DNA of 64,000 bases from Rhina ancylostomus (Eukaryota), in the NCBI GenBank assembly GCA_030265395.1, contig JARFYF010000057.1, positions 21,458,486 to 21,522,485 on the forward strand, read 5' to 3'. Of this stretch, positions 50,701 to 63,594 are shown piece after piece (positions within the stretch are counted from its first letter, which is position 1; each line of letters opens with the position of its first letter). A model generated the notes under the pieces. It was not told the DNA's origin and searched no databases. It saw only the letters and a program-made list of their open reading frames with translations. The position numbers and the translations under genes were made by a program.

Positions 50701-53700
50701 ATCCATTTGTAATCATCCCTTTTTAACACTTGTCAAACTGTGAAGGAGCTACTTAGCTGGCATTGCAGTTTCCATAAAATGCAGCTGTGCATGGCACAAA
50801 ATGTGTCCAACTGGAATGAAAATTGGGCAAAGTTTACTTAACTAGTACACAGGAACTTCACAGCTATCTCCTGGTTTATTGAAATGCATTGGGCAATTGT
50901 ATATTATTTAGGATATAAAGTTGCTTCCATGTTTCAATGTATTCTTGTAGAGATACATACTCCGGTTGAAAGTTAATGTTTGTATCAAAACACAACTTTC
51001 GCCTTTTTAATATGCATTCAATTCATTATTGATTTTTCTTTTTAATTGAGGGTTTTGTTAGAATTGCCATATTAGCTACTTCTATTGGGGATGGGAGTGT
51101 GATGAAGTAATTCCTCAAATTTGCTAGTCTGCAAGTATTTTAGGTTAATCTGTTTTTAAAAAGTTATGGAAAACTACTCTCCAAAACTTAAGAATTTGGA
51201 TTAACATCTGTTGCGCTTTCTCAGTGCCACATTGCCACTCCCCAAAACCCCTTCCCTTCCAAATTATTGCACTGAATTTTGCAAGAGGTGTGGTATTTCA
51301 TTTTGCCTTTAACTTTCACGTGTGTCTTTTGTAAGATTGTTAAAACCAGTGAATACATTCAGTGACTGTGTAGCTTTAATAATGTGATCAATGATGAAGG
51401 AAATCTCCAGATGTCCCAAAGTAATTGTAATAAAGTAAGTGCTTATGAAGTGTGGTTATTTTTTTTAATAAAAGGACTCGGTAACAAACTTAGTGCCCCA
51501 TAAATGGGATTGTGGTGGAATATGTTCTGGGCAGGTCTCCAATAAGTTGATGAAGACCAGAACAAGGAGCATTATCCATATTTAGGGAGTGGTACAAATA
51601 GGCCACTTGAGTACCATGCTAACACTAGGAGATGAAAGTCTGACAAGTTGAGAGAGGTTCATTGTTGTTTTAATTGAGTTCTTCACCCTGCCAATCTGTA
51701 CCATTGTGTAATCTATCAGAGGAAGATTAGCAGTTAGCTGCTTGGAGGCTAAGAGCTGAAATCATGGTAGATCTCATCTGACATTTATACAAAGCCGGTA
51801 CTTTGTTTTCTAAACTCTGCAGCAAAGATGCGGCCCTTGTATTTTTGCAGGCACTCTGAATATAGAGCTGCCGACACTAACGATATCCCGTCTACCGAGA
51901 GATTTGCATGCATGAGCATTCCACTGTGATCATTATCTGAAATTTGTCATAACTGCTATTTGGTTGGAATACTTGTCAGTATGATCATCNNNNNNNNNNN
52001 NNNNNNNNNNNATCTCAGAATTTATTAATGCAGGTGCTGTGATTAAAATATGTTTGTTTTAATTTTTTAAAATTGTGGCACATGGAATTGTGTTGATGCT
52101 GTTGTGCTTTTGCATGTTATGTTGATTTGGAGCATGGCATATGTTAACGTAGGAGCTGCATAAATTTTACTTCATAAAACAGACCATTTAGGCCCTCTGC
52201 TATACGTTTGCCAGTGTTGATTGCATCAGTCTTGCTTCTGAGTGCACCTCTACTTTTGTTACTTCCTAGACTTGGATATGCCAATGTTCTGTTGGTTGTT
52301 CCCCTCATTCTGTTCTTAAACTTGAGGTCATCCAAAATTCCCCACTGCCATCAAATTCTATGACTTGAAAAACCCTAACACTACCTTGGACCATATTTTT
52401 ACTCTCTCTCAACTTGCACTAATGTCGTTATGTTTATTTTGTCATGTAAGTTAGGTTCAATTTATGTTAAGTTTGTTAACTTGTGTTTGGTCACGTTTGT
52501 AATGTACCATGTAACTACGCAAAAAGCCAATTTTCACGGCATAAATACTTGTGATTGTGTGCCTATGACAATAAGCTTGAATCTGAAATTGCCTGTGCCT
52601 TATTCAGTACTAGTCTCACTTATCCATAATCTCTGTCACTGCCGAGCCTTATTGGCTCTCATTTAAACTGTACCAGAATTTAAAAGGTTCTTTATTTTAA
52701 AATCTCCCTGCGGTTAGTTTTGTACCTTTCTCTGTAATTTTTTAGGTTCTGTGGCCATCAGGTTTCTGCTCTGCTCCTTCATTGTTGAGAATTCCATAAT
52801 TGAATTACTGCCCCATGAGTTCCAAGTCCTAAACCTCCCCAGAAGTTTGCTGCATAACTCCTCTACCTTCTGTAAGATGCCCTTTTCTACCTTTTTGACC
52901 AAGCCTTTGATCACTTGCCCTAATATCTTAGTTGAATCAATGTAAATCTTTGGTTGGATCATACCGCAGAGTGCATTATCTATATTTAAAGATGCTACCT
53001 AAATGGAAGTTGGTAGTAGATGTATCAGAGATCATTAGTTCAGAACTCATTTGAGAAAGTTGGGTATATGATAAAGGCTAGAACTCCAGTACTGTGTTAT
53101 GAACAATTTAGATATTTAAAGTCCTTTGGACAATTTTACGGAAGTGTTTACTGGGTTGATGCTCTTCCCTTGCTCAACAGTGCTATGAAAATAGGTTCAT
53201 TTAGGCTTTTGCCACATTGCTGATTGTGGGACCTTGCAATATACAAACTGACTGTAAACTTCCTACAATACAGTAGTGAATATATTTGGAAAGTGCATTG
53301 AGATCTCCAGAAGGAGATGATATAGAAGCTGTAGAAATGTAAGCCTTTTGTTGTACTCGACTCCACTCCAAGCCACTCCTATCATATTTTGGAATCTTGA
53401 ATGATTAAAATCTATTTTAAAATGGAGGTGCTGATTCATTAAGTCATCGGTCTTTGAACTGAGGCACAGGTTATAAATTCAAAGATATGTTGGTCATGTT
53501 CAGATATTTGCAGTAGGTTACAATAAAAGGATTGCCCCTCACTTAAAAGTGAGAACTGAGTTTTGTATAAAGAGAATGTAAACTTATCCACAGAGTCAAA
53601 TTGAATTTCCAGTGCTCAGCCATGTAGGCTAGTTCTGAATGTCCTTTTGCAGACATTCGTCTCCAAAGGACTGATTGTTAGCAATGATGTTGCAGTAAAA

Positions 53701-53844
53701 GACTTTGATAAGCCTATGAGGATATCCATTTTTAAAAACTTATTAACCAAACTTGCTCCCTGGAACACAGTGGTCATTTGGTCTATTTTTAGATTTGCTG
53801 AGTCTGGAGTAAGTGATTGTTGAGCTGTACCTCAAGGTTTCACA

Positions 53845-54430
53845 TGAGCATAAATAGAAGAGGGAGAAATCTATTTGGCTATTCATACCTGCTCTGCCAT
53901 TTATCAAGATCATGGCTGATCTTTTACCTTGGCATCACTTTCTGGCACAAATTGTATATCCCTTGATTCCTTTAATATCCAAAAAATCTATCAATCTCTG
54001 CTCTGAATATGCTCAGTGACTGTGTGCATCCATGGCCCTCTAGGGTTATAAATTCCAAAGGCATGCTGCTCTTAGAATGAAGAGGCTTCTTCTCATCTCA
54101 GTCCTGAATGACTGACTTGTTATTTTGAGCCTGTGACCCCTGGTTCTAGACGCCCCGGTTTGGGGTGTCTTCCCTGCCATGCCCCCTAAAGATTTTGTAT
54201 GTTTTAATGTAAGAGCCTCCCTTCTAAATCAGTCTGCTGAACCTGGACTGCACTCCCTTCATTGTAAGTGACCAAGCGTAGAGTTCATGCCTCCTTGAAT
54301 GGGGAGGTGTGACCTTTACACATTATTCCAGATGCATTCTCACCAGGCTCTGGTATAAATGGAGCAAGATTTCTCTGTAGTCTTGCAATAAAGACCAACA
54401 TACAGCTTGCTTTTTGATACTTGAATCCAG
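53845..54430 (-). mobile_element. CR1 3' fragment
   Basis: CCTGCTCTGCCATTTATCAAGATCATGGCTGATC..CTCATCTCAGTCCTGAATG..GACCCCTGGTTCTAGAC, homologous to 6840-7200. Confidence 0.8.
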
Positions 54431-54924
54431 TATGTAAATAGTGTTTGGAAGAGTTGCATTATCTGGTATCATCATGTATAACAAACTAGTGTCTGTCTAG
54501 CTACAGAGGATAGCAGCGTATTAAGTGCAAGGTTTTTCCCAAGTCTTCTGGTTGACAATTCCTTGTTTATCGGATTTGGGTGTCTTGGGCAGAGGCCTGC
54601 ATTTCTGAAAGCCCAACCCTCATTGTCCTTGGTGGGGGTGGGAGACAATGAAAATAGTGGTGAGCTGTTGCCTTGACCATTGGTTCTTTTGGTTAAGATG
54701 CACTAAAGTGTCATTCAGGTTGGGAGCTCCAGGATTCAGACCCAGCAATCAAGAAGGATGGCCATGTCTTTTGAAGTCAGCGTGACATCCATCAGGAGGC
54801 AAATCTGCAAATGGTGGTATTCCCATACACCCACCCTTCTCAGTGGCAAAGGTCATGGTTTTGGGAGGTGCTGCCAAAATATCCATGGCAAATAACTCAG
54901 CATTCTGTACAATCAGTCAGTACT

Positions 54925-55130
54925 TCTCAAGCAGCCCCTTGGGATGGAGGATGACTTGCTTCTCCTCCAGATCTGAGAAGGTACCTTTTGTGGTGTGGCC
55001 CTTGCACACCAGCCACCAAGTATACTTGGCGGAGAGACCATGATCCAATGGTAGGAAAGTGCAAGGCATTTGGAAACCAGCTACGTGACTTGTGCTCCTG
55101 AACGCGCGCGCACAATATCCATGCATACAG
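54925..55130 (-). mobile_element. RTE-derived short element
   Basis: GAGGATGACTTGCTTC (reverse RTE 3'-end motif) joined to GTGGCCCTTGCACACCAGCCACC (reverse RTE 5' UTR-like); recalled motifs. Confidence 0.45.
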
Positions 55131-55299
55131 ATGCAATGTACTCTTGTCTAAGTCTTTTCCCTTAGACACCCTGATCCTTTTTGTCCTGCGGTTCTTCATC
55201 CTCTGGTGTCTCTACTTCTTATCCCTCTTCATCTAGGTTTCCGTTTACTCCTCTTTTTCCCCTTACTCTACCCCACTGATGGCTGAAACTGGAACTCCC

Positions 55300-55500
55300 A
55301 GATTTCTTGGGAGAATCTACAGCCACAGGTCCAGTGCTGGCTAATGTCAGCAGATTGTGGTCTCCCAGCCCCAGTGGGTCCCAGCGTGCAATTTCCCAGT
55401 TGATGATGGGTTTATCCTTTGGGCGCAAGAGTATATTATTCTGTCACAGTCATCTCTGTACAGTGACCCTAAACTGCACTTTAACTGGGGCTCGACCAAT
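55300..55500 (-). mobile_element. Vingi/Ingi-like LINE RT-downstream fragment
   Basis: Frameshifted minus-strand LG(V)TV.R .. GKLHAGTHWG..ALDLW resembles YLGVTLDR..KLAGT.WG..ALAL. Confidence 0.45.
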
Positions 55501-57937
55501 GTGACCAGAAAAGCATAGTTTGTTCGCCCCAGTTTGTGTATGGGGCGTGGAGTGGCAGCTGTTTCCTGAATTAACATACTCATAACTAAACAGTGTGTTA
55601 ATAACAAGAAAATGTGTCATTTGGAAGCTGTGTCCCACCACTGTATAATGTCTTGAGGTTTTTTAAGCAGATTAGTTTTGATTTTAAAATACTGTACCTG
55701 CATAGCCAGGTGCAGAAATTTGCTGAAATAAGGATGAAGCTTGTACTCCAAAATTGGCCACTTGCCATTGGTTTGAAGGTTGTGGATTTGTCCCATATTG
55801 GAGACTTGGTGCATAATTCACGCTACTACTCTTGAAATTGTACTGTTGGAAGAACTTTTTGTTTGGTTGAGACGTTAATCTGGCTCTGCCCCTTCAATGG
55901 ATGCCAAAGGTTCTGCGGCGTCCTGTGTCTGGTGCCCCCTCCCAATCAAAATCAATTACAAGTTTACAAAATGTGCCCTAGAAATGTCTGGTCGTTTTTG
56001 ATGATTCTTGGTAAGTACTGTTAAATCTGTTCTGTGAGCTAAATGATCCTGAGAAACTGGGGCTGATTATAATAATGTGATGCCTTCTGTTCGCAATTGG
56101 CAACAAAAATACTCCCATCCTGTTGCATATTTATCCTTTAATATCCCTGTGCAGAGGGACTCAACAACATAATTGACCCCAGCTTTTAACACTCATTTAT
56201 TGCACAGTCAGGTGAAGCATAGTGATGGGAGAAAAGCGGCTGGAGGTCATCGGCTGAACTAATTTCTTCCTGTGCACTGCAACAGCATCCGCAGTGAGGC
56301 CAGGATGTTCTGGCAGATTTGAAGTGTGCCTTGGACTGTCTAGCTTCTGCGTGAGGCTGAGTGAGTTGTTGCTTCAAGTCAAAATAGTTTGGCTTGCTTG
56401 GCAAAGTGCATATTTAAAAATTCTTCCTGCCACTGCACGTTTGCTTAATGATTCATTGGAAAGTTTGTGTTTCAACTTGGGTCACTTAGTTCATCCAAGT
56501 TGTTTGGTTAAAGCTGCACTCCAGGAATTAAACACTCAATTTTGCCTATGCAGCATTCTCTCATGGCTGCATTAGTTAATATATTAGCTTCATATCTACT
56601 GTCTGTGTAGGTCAGTGAGAACCTAGTGGTTTTATTTAAGAGTGATTTATTTGGGATTTGTTCCTCTACTTGAGAAATATCCTGTGGATATAAACACCTG
56701 ATTTTCTTGTATCTTGGGAATGTTATTTTGGGAGTTGAGTTTTGTTTGTTTTAATACTTGGATATCTCTGAAACATTGCTCACAATCTGAGCATTGGGTT
56801 GTTTGCCAGTGAGTATTAGGGTATCTCATTGTACTTAGTGGTGGAATGGAATGTTACTGAAAGACTACAAGAAAATCTACCCTTGAGTTCTTGAGGCCCT
56901 TGAACTAGTCTGGATGCCTGTTTGAAGTGTGAATTGTTTTTTTTGCACTTCACCCATTCCTGTGGTGTTATTGGCTGTGTTCAACTTGCTAGGATTTGCC
57001 AGGGCAGATGCTGAGGGGTATTTGGTGACAGGGCTGTGTTGGGTAGCAGGCCCCACCAGTTACCAGCTTCACTCAAGTTGTGCTGATTAATCCTGGCAGA
57101 TACTTTTGTGCACAAACCAGGGGAATAGTGTGAAACAATTGGAACTTTATCTTGTATGTTAATGAATTTTAAAACTGTAAAAGTTGGAAATATCTGCAAT
57201 TCTGTGTGGAGGATTAAATTAGTGACTGCTTTGGTGAAGTATCAAACACTTATCGTAGAGAAGTGTACAACTGAGGCATTTGTCTGACTTGTTTCTATAC
57301 TGCTTTATCGCCAAAACCTCCAAATGGCCACACTAATTCTGGGGAAGGGACATCAGAAATCCTGCTTCATGTGTTTGTGGCTCAGTGTGCTGCTTTGAGA
57401 TACCAAGCCTGGTTGATTCAACCCCAATTTGCAGTGAGTGAGCTGCCTTTTGCCAGAGTGGCAAAGTAAACTTTTATTTATATTTAGCCTCAACATCCAT
57501 GCCCTAAAGGGGTAGGGAATAACAAGGTTTGGGAGTCGTTGCAGGGGAGTACAATTTGGTGTTAGCATTTTCTTTCACATGTGGTAACTCATGGCAGAAA
57601 TTGCATTTAAGTATTTGTGATAAATACTTGAGTTCTATTTTGAGACCTCCAATGGCCTAAGTTGTTGGGATGTATAAAGGATGGTAAATTAGTTGCATTA
57701 CACCTCAAATTGAAACTGACTTGAGGACTGAGTTCACTTCGCAAGTGTTTTATCTTAAGCGGGTCTAATGTGTATGATTTAATAATATGCTGCTCTGAAA
57801 CATTGAGTTCATGTCCTTGTGCAAAGTTAAAGGTACTGTAGGTACTTGACCAGGTTTTTAAACTGAAATTAAATATGAATAGGTTAGTTATTTGTTCAGC
57901 ATTTTTCCTTTTAAATATCTTGTTCAATTTGTTACAG

Positions 57938-58001
57938 CCTCAAGTTGGAATGTGACAAACTGGCCAGTGAAAAGACAGAAATGCAGCGTCATTACGTCAT
58001 G
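57938..58001 (+). CDS. TLE5: TLE5/AES-like coding exon 3
   Basis: TTACAG acceptor; 64 nt = (S)[21 protein letters not shown]; donor GTAGGT; completes the phase-2 codon from exon 2. Confidence 0.96.
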
Positions 58002-58324
58002 GTAGGTGCCATTCTCTTGACTCTTGCATAATGAAAGGGGAGAACCTTTTGTTTTGGTCCAGACTTCTGCACTTCATGTTGAAATAGTTTAGTGAAGCGT
58101 CAAATACTGTTAGAGTATAACTCTTCGTGATTAAGGAGCTAAAAATCTCCCCCACTTCATAAACTGTCTTGTAATCTTACACTGTCATAGTATAAACTTC
58201 AGGTTGACCACGGGATTACTGGGTCTTCCACTGTACTTTGCACACCAGTTTCAAACCAATCTCCTCACTGTGGGAGACGTACTTGCACTTTGTGCAGATG
58301 AAGAACTTTCACTGCTTCTGTACC

Positions 58325-58620
58325 AGTGGATTGTGCAGTGGTGCTGCAGGTAGTACAGCTGTCTCAGTGACCCTAGTGCAATCTGGGTGGAGCTTGTATA
58401 TTCTCCCTGTGATCAAATGAGGTTCTCTTGGATCCTCCAGTTTCCTCCATGTCCTAAAGATGTGCTGGTTGTTACATGGATTGGCTACTGTAAATTGCCC
58501 TTCATGTAGCTGGGTGGCAGAAGCTTCAGTAGGAAACATTAAAGGGCATGTGTGAGAGAATGTTACAAGAAAATAAAATAGGGATTGAAAGTGATAAATT
58601 GCTCAGTTAGTGCAAATTTT
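58325..58620 (+). mobile_element. V-SINE, degenerate
   Basis: GGAGCTTGTATATTCTCCCTGTG..CTCCAGTTTCCTCCATGTCCTAAAGATGTGC..CTGTAAATTGCCC. Confidence 0.7.
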
Positions 58621-59905
58621 TCATGAGAAGCTTAAGAAATTCTAACTTTTTAAATTTGCTAGAAATGGAGTATAAAAATAAGAAATGCTATCAATTAAAT
58701 TCGGGTCAGGCCAGCACCCACAGAGAAGGAAATGGAGTTGATGACTTTTCAGCAGAGCTGCAAACCTGAGCACTTCAACACTTGGCTGACCCTGACACAT
58801 TTCGAGTTGGAGACACCAGATATTCAGCTCTATATCAGGCCCACACACGGGAGTAGAGTGTAGGCCTGCGCCTATACTGACTCACTATCATCCACTCATG
58901 AGTCCAGTCCTTTTATAAATAACCAGAGATTTGTGGTCAAACCTGAACACTTCCCAGGTATGAAGATAATGATTGGCCATAACCTGAAATGTCAGTTTTT
59001 CTCTCTGCATGCCCTACTGAGCAATTGTTTTCAAAACAAGATCTTTATTGTATGGGGTGCTGTCTTATGGACTGAGTATTAAGCAGGGAAGACTTGAAGC
59101 CCCACTCCCATTTCACATAATCTGTCTGTGAAAAGATATAGTAGACAGTGTGACCAATACCTTTCACACAAGTTCTTTTTTGATCTTCCTTCACCCTTCC
59201 TCTCTGGAATGTGAATGGGACACATAGGCTGCCAAACCCTTCATGATTTTAACTACTTACCCAGTTCATGTTCTTCTTGTTTTATCCACTAAAAATTCCA
59301 ACCAAGATTAGATCAGTAGGTTTCAATTTCATTCGCTGACTCTGACTGCATTCTCTGCAAGACAGTCCTTGGCAAGTTGCCCTGTGTTTGGAAAGATCTT
59401 GGTATCTCCTGCCAAACACTACTGAGTCACCCTCACCTTCCCGCCACTACCCCCGTCCCCCAACCAAAGTGCTCACGCTATCAAATTTTGTGTGGGACCT
59501 GGATGAGCCACAGTGAGGGTGTTGCTGAAGCTCTCCCGATTTAAGCTATAATTGCCACCTGACTGAAGTAGTAGAGAATGGTTAGTGCCTCTTGCCAACC
59601 TTCAGAAAAGGTTGGGAAGATCTCTCCTCGGTTCTTTTTATTTTGTTTCTGAAAATAAAAGGCATCAGGTTCACATTGGAATTGTTTTCATTGGCACTTT
59701 TCCCACTCAGAAGCTTGGCTTCCAAGAAGTGATGCACATATAATTGATTCAGCCTTGGTACATGTGGAAATGACCATTGAGTGGGTGACTTTATCAAACT
59801 CATCTGGTTGCATGTTGAATGAATTGAAGAGGATCCTCCTATTTTTGGGTTCAAGACATTTACTACTTTTGTCTTTCTTCTCTCCAACCACCCCCCCCCC
59901 CTCAG

Positions 59906-59950
59906 TATTATGAAATGTCTTATGGCTTAAACATTGAAATGCACAAACAG
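59906..59950 (+). CDS. TLE5: TLE5/AES-like coding exon 4
   Basis: Poly-C tract with CAG acceptor; 45 nt = YYEMSYGLNIEMHKQ, invariant in TLE proteins; donor GTAAGT. The next exon was not found in the window. Confidence 0.96.
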
Positions 59951-61799
59951 GTAAGTCTATTTTTTTTCCTCACTCTTTTTACTTTTTATTGCTGCTCGTC
60001 ATTGAGCTGTTTACTAAAGCCTATTTATTCTCCCTGAAATTAGGCTTACCATAAATGTGACAAATTTCATGATTGAGCCTAGTTGTGAATAGGACTTTTT
60101 CTCTTTCTAATTTCCAATTATGTGCCAATGAATAATTAAATGTTCTTTTTAATTGAAAATGTCGACAGATTAATTTGAATGATAAATTAATAATGGGCAC
60201 TGTCTCATTTATTATTACTTCATAAAAAGTGCTTCAGAGCTTTCAACCTTTATTAAATATTAAAAAAGTAAATGTCATTGACTTCAGTTGTGCACCTATT
60301 GTTTGATTTACTTTCTACTTCCACTTGTGTTCCAGGAAATCAAATGTGGCATTGTATAATAAACCATTAATGTGATTTAATATCTTTTGGGGCTCATTTC
60401 CCCCTGTGCAAGATCTTTAAAAACTGAGTGCTAGAGATTCCTTATTTTCTGGTGGCAATATGCTTGCTATGTGTAGTTCTCTTCTTGACAATATAACATT
60501 CTAATGTTTTTTTTCCTCTGAATTTACTACAGTTGCTCACTTTACAAGGGTGCACAATTGTCACGTGGTTTTGATAAAGTAATTTTGTTTAGTTGCATCT
60601 GAAACTTTCATTCATTGTATCCTTTGAAACTTATGCCTGGTCTGGAGGAGCCTTTTTGAATTGGGTAAATTTGGACAGTATTTCAGGTGTACTGTAGTCC
60701 TGTTACTATGGGAGGCAGAATAGATGCTGAATTCCATGTACATAAATGTATCAAGCAAATCAGAAAATGGAGATACTCAGGCTCCACAGATGCTACCTTG
60801 TCTGTTATCTTCATTATTTACTTTTTTATTTCGGATTTCCAGCATCTACATCTCTTCAATTAGTACATTGAGCATTATTTAAACCATTCTATTAGTTGAG
60901 GTGCCTTGATGTGGTGCACTTGTTTATGTAATAATGAATTTTTAAGTAATCTATTGGTAAAGGAGTTACAGGAAGTGGAGAACACTTGGGTATTAGTTCC
61001 ATTGCAGACAGCATTCTGTACATTGTATGCAACTAGTGTTCTGGAGAAAGGAGATCTCTTGGCAGCAGGTGACCTTCCAGGATCTACTCTGGTATCCTGC
61101 ATATGACTGATGTATCAATTAAGTGTTTGAATAGAGAAAGGTGTTGCAGAGAGAACAATGACATCTACACACATCCATACTAATCTCTAGATTCATTGGA
61201 CACTTTCTTCCCATTGAACATGGTGTAGTTTGCAAGTTGTACTTTTGTGGGTNNNNNNNNNNNNNNNNNNNNNNNNNNNNNNNNNNNNNNNNNNNNNNNN
61301 NNNNNNNNNNNNNNNNNNNNNNNNNNNNNNNNNNNNNNNNNNNNNNNNNNNNTTGTACTTTTGTGGGTTGGTATAAAGATGCAGATAACAGGGCAGTTTG
61401 GCAATTGATCATATAATCCCACTGTTAATACAATTAAGAGTTGACTGACTGCAGTTCAGCTCTGCAAATCATGTGACCTGCTGACTTACCCACCCCCACT
61501 GCCTACTCTCAGCAAATGCCCTTCCAATGACCCTAGCATTAAGGATTTCAGTAAAACTCATGGTGGGCACATGGCATTTTCTTCTAAATGTTTGCTCTTT
61601 CTCTTTTGATAATGCACGAGTATAACTGAAGGTAGACCTTTTTATGCTTTGGATGCACAGTTATAATGAGAGTGAATTGCATATGGTATCTGTCAGGTAC
61701 TACCTGGGAAAGCAACACATTACATACTGCTTCACATGCTCTAATCTACCCACTGGCAGAGCACTGCTGATAAAACAGGGTCAGGCCACTGCACAGTGG

Positions 61800-62300
61800 T
61801 AGATATCTATATCTAGGAATTGTGAGGGTCATCTCTGGAACACTTGAGGCAGTTTGAATGGTTTCCTATGCTAACCCACATCGAACCTTCTGGTGTCTGC
61901 AGGGTAAACCTTGCTCTTAATGAATGCAGCTGACGAATGCTCCCATTGACAAACGACTGCATCATGCAAACCCTCAAAACAATGTCAACCCCACCTCCTG
62001 ATGGCACATGTTATCCAAGGGCAAACATCCCCAACCAAAGCATAGTATCTGGTCTGAGTGATGAAATCCCCATATGGAATCTTGCAAGGGAAACAGAGGA
62101 AACACTCGACTGCCTGAGGACCTGCTCCACAACTGCAACATGAGGAACAGCCCAACTTCTGATTGTGGGTACCCGGGTTAGACCATTTATCCCATTCTGA
62201 ACTCCTGCCCCAAGAGATGCCCACTTCTGGTGGCATTGCAACCATTCACTCTGCCTTGCCCAAAGAATGGATTGCTAACCATGGAACTGAACAATGACTG
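61800..62300 (+). mobile_element. Vingi/Ingi-like LINE 3' end with a C-terminal zinc-knuckle relic
   Basis: Degenerate peptides VRVISGTL..EWFPMLTHIEP, PNQSIV..IPIWNLARE..LDCLRT and PTSDCGYPG*TIYPILNSCPKR resemble MRIISGTL..WLPVLSHI.P, PGFDLPR..LNRLRT and CDCG..QT..HI...CP. Confidence 0.65.
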
Positions 62301-63594
62301 CTTCTCCAACCACTTGTTGATGGTATTGTCCTTTGTGGCAAATGAGGAAGCAATTTGAGTTAACCAATTTGGGTCCTGAGCAACGTGATGCACTGGTTCT
62401 AATTCAACACTTGATAGTGGCTGACCAGGCAGACTTCTCTTGTGAAGATCGAGGAACTCATCAATGTTGAGGAATTTGTTATTGTGATCTGCTGGAGCAC
62501 AGTTAACAGCACTTGTTATTTTGTGGATGATTTTTGAATCTTTATCATAAGTAAAGATGTTGAAATGTGATTGATATATTCTCCAGTTGAATAGTTTTTC
62601 CTTGTGTTCCACATTTTGCTTTGGGTTGTCACTGGAAACTGATATCAGTTCAGTTAGTATCCATGAAAGAAAAAGGCAGGTTCATGTTAAAGCATTGGGT
62701 TTGCACCCATTGTTTTTGTCCTCCTTTCCTTTATTTCCATCTTCCAGCCCAACAACGAAATTGATTGAAACATAAACCCGACATAATCTCTGTCCTGTAG
62801 CTGAATGATCTGCTGTGAATATCCAGAATTGTCTTTTTCTCCCCTTTAGTGTTTTTGCAGCATTTTTTAAATTAATCTTTAATATAACAAGTAGGACATG
62901 ATTGATGGCAAGGAAGAGTTAGAATGGCATTGTATCCTTGTTGCTGAGCTTTTCAATCATTGGAACTTCTAAGCTGGCAATTTCAGTCATTTGAATATTG
63001 GTCGGCATGTGTAAATGTGTTTGGGAGAAGTGATTTGTGTGACGTCTCGTTGGACATGGGACTGAAATTAATTTTGGTAGTATCCAGGGTGACAAGTTGA
63101 AACTCCACTGAATATTTGTTCCTTTTGAATCTGAGGACAGGTAGGATGTACAAAATATGACTGTGATTTGTATAGTCCACTCTCCCAGCCGTGCTATTTT
63201 CCATTGTCTGCTGAGCATCATGCAATCTGAACAAAAGCACTGATTGCAGCTGCCATCAGGAATAGAGCTCTTGATCAGTGCTGGAAGAAGCAGGGAAGTG
63301 GCCATGGAGTGTCATGATGGTTGACTGATGTTCCCCATCAATTTTCCAAGAAGGTATCAGCCCTGACCATTTGCATAGATGGGCTTGATGTCCGCACATA
63401 TCAACAGAAAATGTGATGGTCCTATTATGTTGGATTACTTTGTCTGAGGCAATTCAGTTGTGCAGGAGATGCATTCACTGAACTATTGGAGAAGAAGCCA
63501 AAATCCTTTTGGAAGAAAATAAGAAAAATAAGTATTTGTCGTCATAATTTACAGAGAACTGCTGAGATCCAACTTCTGATACTTTCTGATTTTG

